Positions 59,786 to 64,000 of a stretch of 64,000 bases of DNA are shown one piece after another. Source of the DNA: Marsupella aquatica (lineage: Eukaryota; Plantae; Marchantiophyta); assembly GCA_973895155.1 (NCBI GenBank), contig OZ316892.1, positions 5,995,878 through 6,059,877 of the forward strand, in the 5' to 3' direction. The notes under the pieces were generated by a model. That model was not told the DNA's origin, ran no database searches, and worked only from the letters and a program-made list of their open reading frames with translations. Each line of letters starts with the position of its first letter. Position 1 is the stretch's first letter. The translations under genes were made by a program, and so were the position numbers.

Positions 59786-62700
59786 TTCCTAATTTCCCAG
59801 AAAATGCCTGTCCTACTTGGACCCATCATGAGTATGGCCACTAAATATATTTCCAGTTTGGTCTATTCCATGTGGGAAAATGGAGGCCCAAATGGAGGTT
59901 AAAGTTTTGTTACAACTGAAGTAGATGGTAAATATGGACCCACAAGGGAAGTTCTTTGTAAAAGTTTTGGCACCATGTGTAGTCACATTATCACTTTGGG
60001 TCACAAACAGGAACAATGGTGTTTTCAACAAGAAACAAATACAAGTATTCATGTTTGATCCACACAAGGAAAGATAAATAGACTGGGAGTTAACCCCAAT
60101 AAAGTGAAAAGATCAAAGTAATTTTAAATAGAAAAAAGGTTTCATTGAGAGATCAGGGAGAAATTCAAAATCACTTTTTGTTAATGACATAATTAGACTT
60201 TCAGAGAACGGCAGAACAGCTTAAAAAATACACGAACTCTTCAATACTTCATAAATCTATCAATGTTAGGTTCATTGAAAAACTCTTTCAAAAGCTTTCC
60301 TATGAATTCTAAGCATGATTTCAAATTTCTCCCTTATCTCTTGACAAACCCTGATGACAAAGCTAGACTTGCAAGGAAGTGTAGAGTGATTTACCAATTT
60401 GTGAGCTCTTCCATACTTGACAAAATCTGACAATGTTACTTCGGGGGCCTCACTCCAAGGGAGTTTCCATATCACGTGTAAAGTTTTCAAATAATAAACA
60501 CCTTAAAACTTTAAAAAATAAAATTAAATAAATGTAGGTCCTCTGCTTGATCCTCTTTGGACTAGCTCTTTGTCCCCCGATGCCTCTTTGGTATTTCTGC
60601 CTTTTGGCTTGCTAATTCCTCCCATCCATGGGGTTCACACTGAATAAATTTGAAAATTTTCTATTTAATATTCACAATTGATTTGACATCACTAACTTTA
60701 TGGAATATTTTAGGAATATTCTCAAATTTGCTATTAAAAACCCTATAGTCTTAAAAATAGATTAAAACACCTCTATTTTTCTTCAACATTTTTTAAAAAG
60801 TCTTCCGCCTACTTGAATTAAACCCCTAACTTCTTCGCGTTTGATGCGTTGGAAGAAACAAAGTGAGAACGCCGGAAATGTTATGCTTATTGAATATATG
60901 TTTCCAGAACAATTCTAAGTAAAAAATGTTTCATCAAGATATTAGTGAAAATTTGATAGTGTTTTCTGTTGACACCATAGCTGGACAGTCAAGGAAGGGG
61001 AGAGAAATTTAGGAATTGTGATCTCTTTGATATGTGAGGATATTTGACAACATTAAGCTCACTGTAAAGCTCTTTCCAAAATGATTATAAGAGTCCAAAA
61101 AGTTCACATGCCCCCCCCCCCTCCTTCCCCCCGACTATCTTGGCCCTTGACATATAATTACGAAGAGTGACTCCCAATCCAGCATAATTTTGTGGGGGAC
61201 GTAGGGAACAGACACCATGGAATTCCCTGCAACCAAAAATGAACTCACTCCAGCAATCCAGCCGATGAACACTGCACTCAGATTTATCGTTGAAGCCCCA
61301 AATTGCCCCAGCAGTTTGAAAGAGTAATGGCAAGCCAAAAGTTGACGAAAAGCACTCCGCTGAACTAAATGCATGATCTTCCAGAACCAATGGCCACCTG
61401 AGACCCTGAGTGGCTGAGTGGTCTTTACACCGTCGGCGCGTAAACGGCAATGATGGTGCGACAGGAATTTAGCGAACGGACCGCTCTCCCCGCGAATGCT
61501 AAAGGCCCCTCTCTGTCATACCCTGTTCGCATCGAACCAGCCGACCGCGCGGCACCTTCGCCAAGTATGCCGCACGGTCGGTTCCTTCGTTCCTTCCTCA
61601 AACTTACTGTGCTGCATAGCAGCTGTACGCAAACTCTTTCCCTCTCTCAGTCTCTCACTCAAGCTTGCTATCGAGTCTCCTTTGACACTTCACAGTAAGT
61701 TGACACTGGCGTCGTCCCCAGTCAGTGGCGCCTTGGTCGGTGTCAACCGTACTTAGGTACAGTACTGCCCCTGCATAGGGGCCTCCCGTCAGCGTGCCCC
61801 AGCCCGAGCCTGTACAGATTCTGCAGTACGGATAGGGTACTGCATTAGACGGTATGGTACCATAGCCCCCGCCGTCGACAGCCCCTGCGGAGGGGTCCTT
61901 CTCCGGCTCGCCATCCCCAATTCCCTGTCCTGTATTTCTGCATTACTTTAGTTCACAGTACTTCACAGGACTCTTGTAGGCGTTGTCAGCTTGTCACCCT
62001 ACTACCCCGTCTCAAGTCTCAATAGCGTGCCTTGACAATTTTTCCTTGCATTATACAGTGACCTCTCTCTAAAGGTACACTCCCTGGAAGAAACCCTCCT
62101 GTGTGCGCTTACTGAGAATTTGCACTATTTCAGGATTACAAACATTTGGAATTTGCACTTATCAGTGTGCACAAACCCTTATGACAGAGTTAAATGTACT
62201 TCTTTAGTGCAGGCCCCATTGACCGGAAAAAATAGTCTGAGAAAGGAAAAGAACAGGACACCATTCAATTGTCTAGGGTTTAGGGCACTGGTGTCTTGTG
62301 GACTGTTCACTGCGCAATTAGAGATGTCACTGTACAATGACTCCACTGACTGCCCAACGTTGTTCGTTCGTTGTCAGACACAATTTTTTTCTCTAGCGCA
62401 CGTCCACACGGTGCGGAAGCCGGAAGGAAAAGCCACCGATGACCGATCGAACCGGTACGCCGGTAGGTAAAGAAGGGACATCCCCATCATCGCGGACAGC
62501 CTGTACCGTACGCATTAATGAGCGGCCATACGCCCATACTTGCATACGGTGTCGTTGACTTGATGCAGGTGTTTACAGAAATCAGCGTGGCCAATAAGAA
62601 GTGACCCTCCGTTCGGCCCCAAAGCTAACCTGTACTTGGCTACTCTGAAACCTGACCTAGTCTAGGTTGCTTCCGTTTACAGTGGCGTCCCCGTCCGGCC

Positions 62701-64000
62701 GTATTTGGGGACAGTTTTAGGGCGAGTGCGCGTGGGGCAGCCGAGGAGGGTACTCACCTCTGCACCTAGTCCGTACCAGAGATTCGCTGTCATCTTGGTG
62801 GCGACTCTAATGTGGAGGACAGTGGCGAATCATACCGTTATACTACCCTTCTACGCGACAACGTCACCGGTCCTTTTAACTTTCCTCTGACTCCAACGAT
62901 GAGAATCAACGGTCCTCAGAGCAGACAGTCTTCTAGGAGACCGTTATTTACCGTTGATTGGAGCCGGTAAATCCTGGTGAGAAGCGGGCCGACGAGGCTA
63001 CTACAGTGGAACGGAAAGTAATAAACATTTAATAAGTCGGAAAGCACCGACTCGAGAGCGCTTTACAGGTGGTTTGTAACAGTACTACGGAAGTATGCAG
63101 GGGTGCCGAACTGTACGGTGTTGGGTGCCGTAAGACAGCGGCCAGTGCGGCGCTGCGGCGTGCTCGCGTTTGACTGGATCACTAATGCAACGAAAATGGA
63201 GACTTATAAATTTATGCGTTGTATTCCAGTGTCATAAAGTGGGAAGCTGGAATCTCTGATGATTGTTTGTAGACCCTGGTGTCGACCTTGCTCGTAGGCG
63301 ATCCGTGACGACAGCCCAATGATTAGAGGAAACCCAAAGGAAACACCAAAACAATGCCAGTCTTGAGTTGAAACACGTTGTGACAAGACAAAATCTATAA
63401 CCCTTGGCAATGTTGGCACGAAAAGTAATTGCCTCAGACATTCAAAAAATGGAATATGTACTAGGGCGCGTGAACAGAGAGGTTTAATGCCCAAAGGTAC
63501 TTCAAGGACCTCCAATTGTATTTTACTCGGCATAGTCACAACCATGATATACACAGATCAAACCTTATGATATGATAAGTGCATTCTGAAGAGGTTTGCA
63601 TTGAAAGGTATTAAAGAGTCATGTTGTAGCAAGTTGGGCTTCAACACTTCCTTACAAATAGCAAAGCATTGAGAAGTGCTTCAACATGTTTTACAACTCG
63701 CCAAGTCCTAGATGAAGATGCAGAGGCTCCCTAAGTAAGGCCTCCTCTTGTGACTTGCATGGGATTATCAGGATAGGAGCATCCTTGACAAAATTGTGCT
63801 CCCCTGGGCTTTAACATAACTTTACAAAGGAAAGAGGGATTTAGTTTGTGAGCCCAAACCTTGTCATATTTGTTGACATTGACATTTGCATGTTCAAACA
63901 GTGTTGCATTCTCTAATACAGGCATATAAAACTAATCTTGTTTATTATCTTTTTAACTGTCAATTGGAAGGCCAGGATGGGAGGAAAGTCCAACCTGAAG

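Noticed and set aside
61400-63200. GC-rich region suggesting a gene
   Set aside because: No ORF with recognisable motifs; may be promoter/UTR sequence, but unsupported

Overview
Land-plant nuclear DNA, judged from GT-AG introns and plant gene families; the species cannot be determined. Host genes are a 3-exon 2OG-Fe(II) dioxygenase (1088-3326), a degenerate CAAX-protease-like membrane protein (20990-21883) and a 2-exon PAR1-family secreted protein (51060-51931). About half of the window is three large DNA transposons whose terminal inverted repeats (TIRs) and target-site duplications (TSDs) can be read directly. Each carries regulatory cargo unrelated to transposition. (1) A 10.5-kb CACTA/EnSpm element (4349-14863, CACAA ends, ATG TSD) has a decayed SET-domain methyltransferase gene inside intron 1 of its transposase and an intact divergent second gene. 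(2) A 22.2-kb hAT element (26123-48348, TAGCGGGG TSD) carries a protein kinase and a coiled-coil/RING protein. (3) A 10.8-kb P-element-like transposon (35739-46517, 15-bp perfect TIR, ACTGCTTC TSD) sits inside the hAT transposase and carries an EDM2-like PHD-finger cluster. The best candidate for an undescribed system is this set of cargo-bearing transposons encoding a chromatin writer, a chromatin reader and signalling enzymes, possibly for anti-silencing. All domain calls come from motif recognition by eye, not from database searches.
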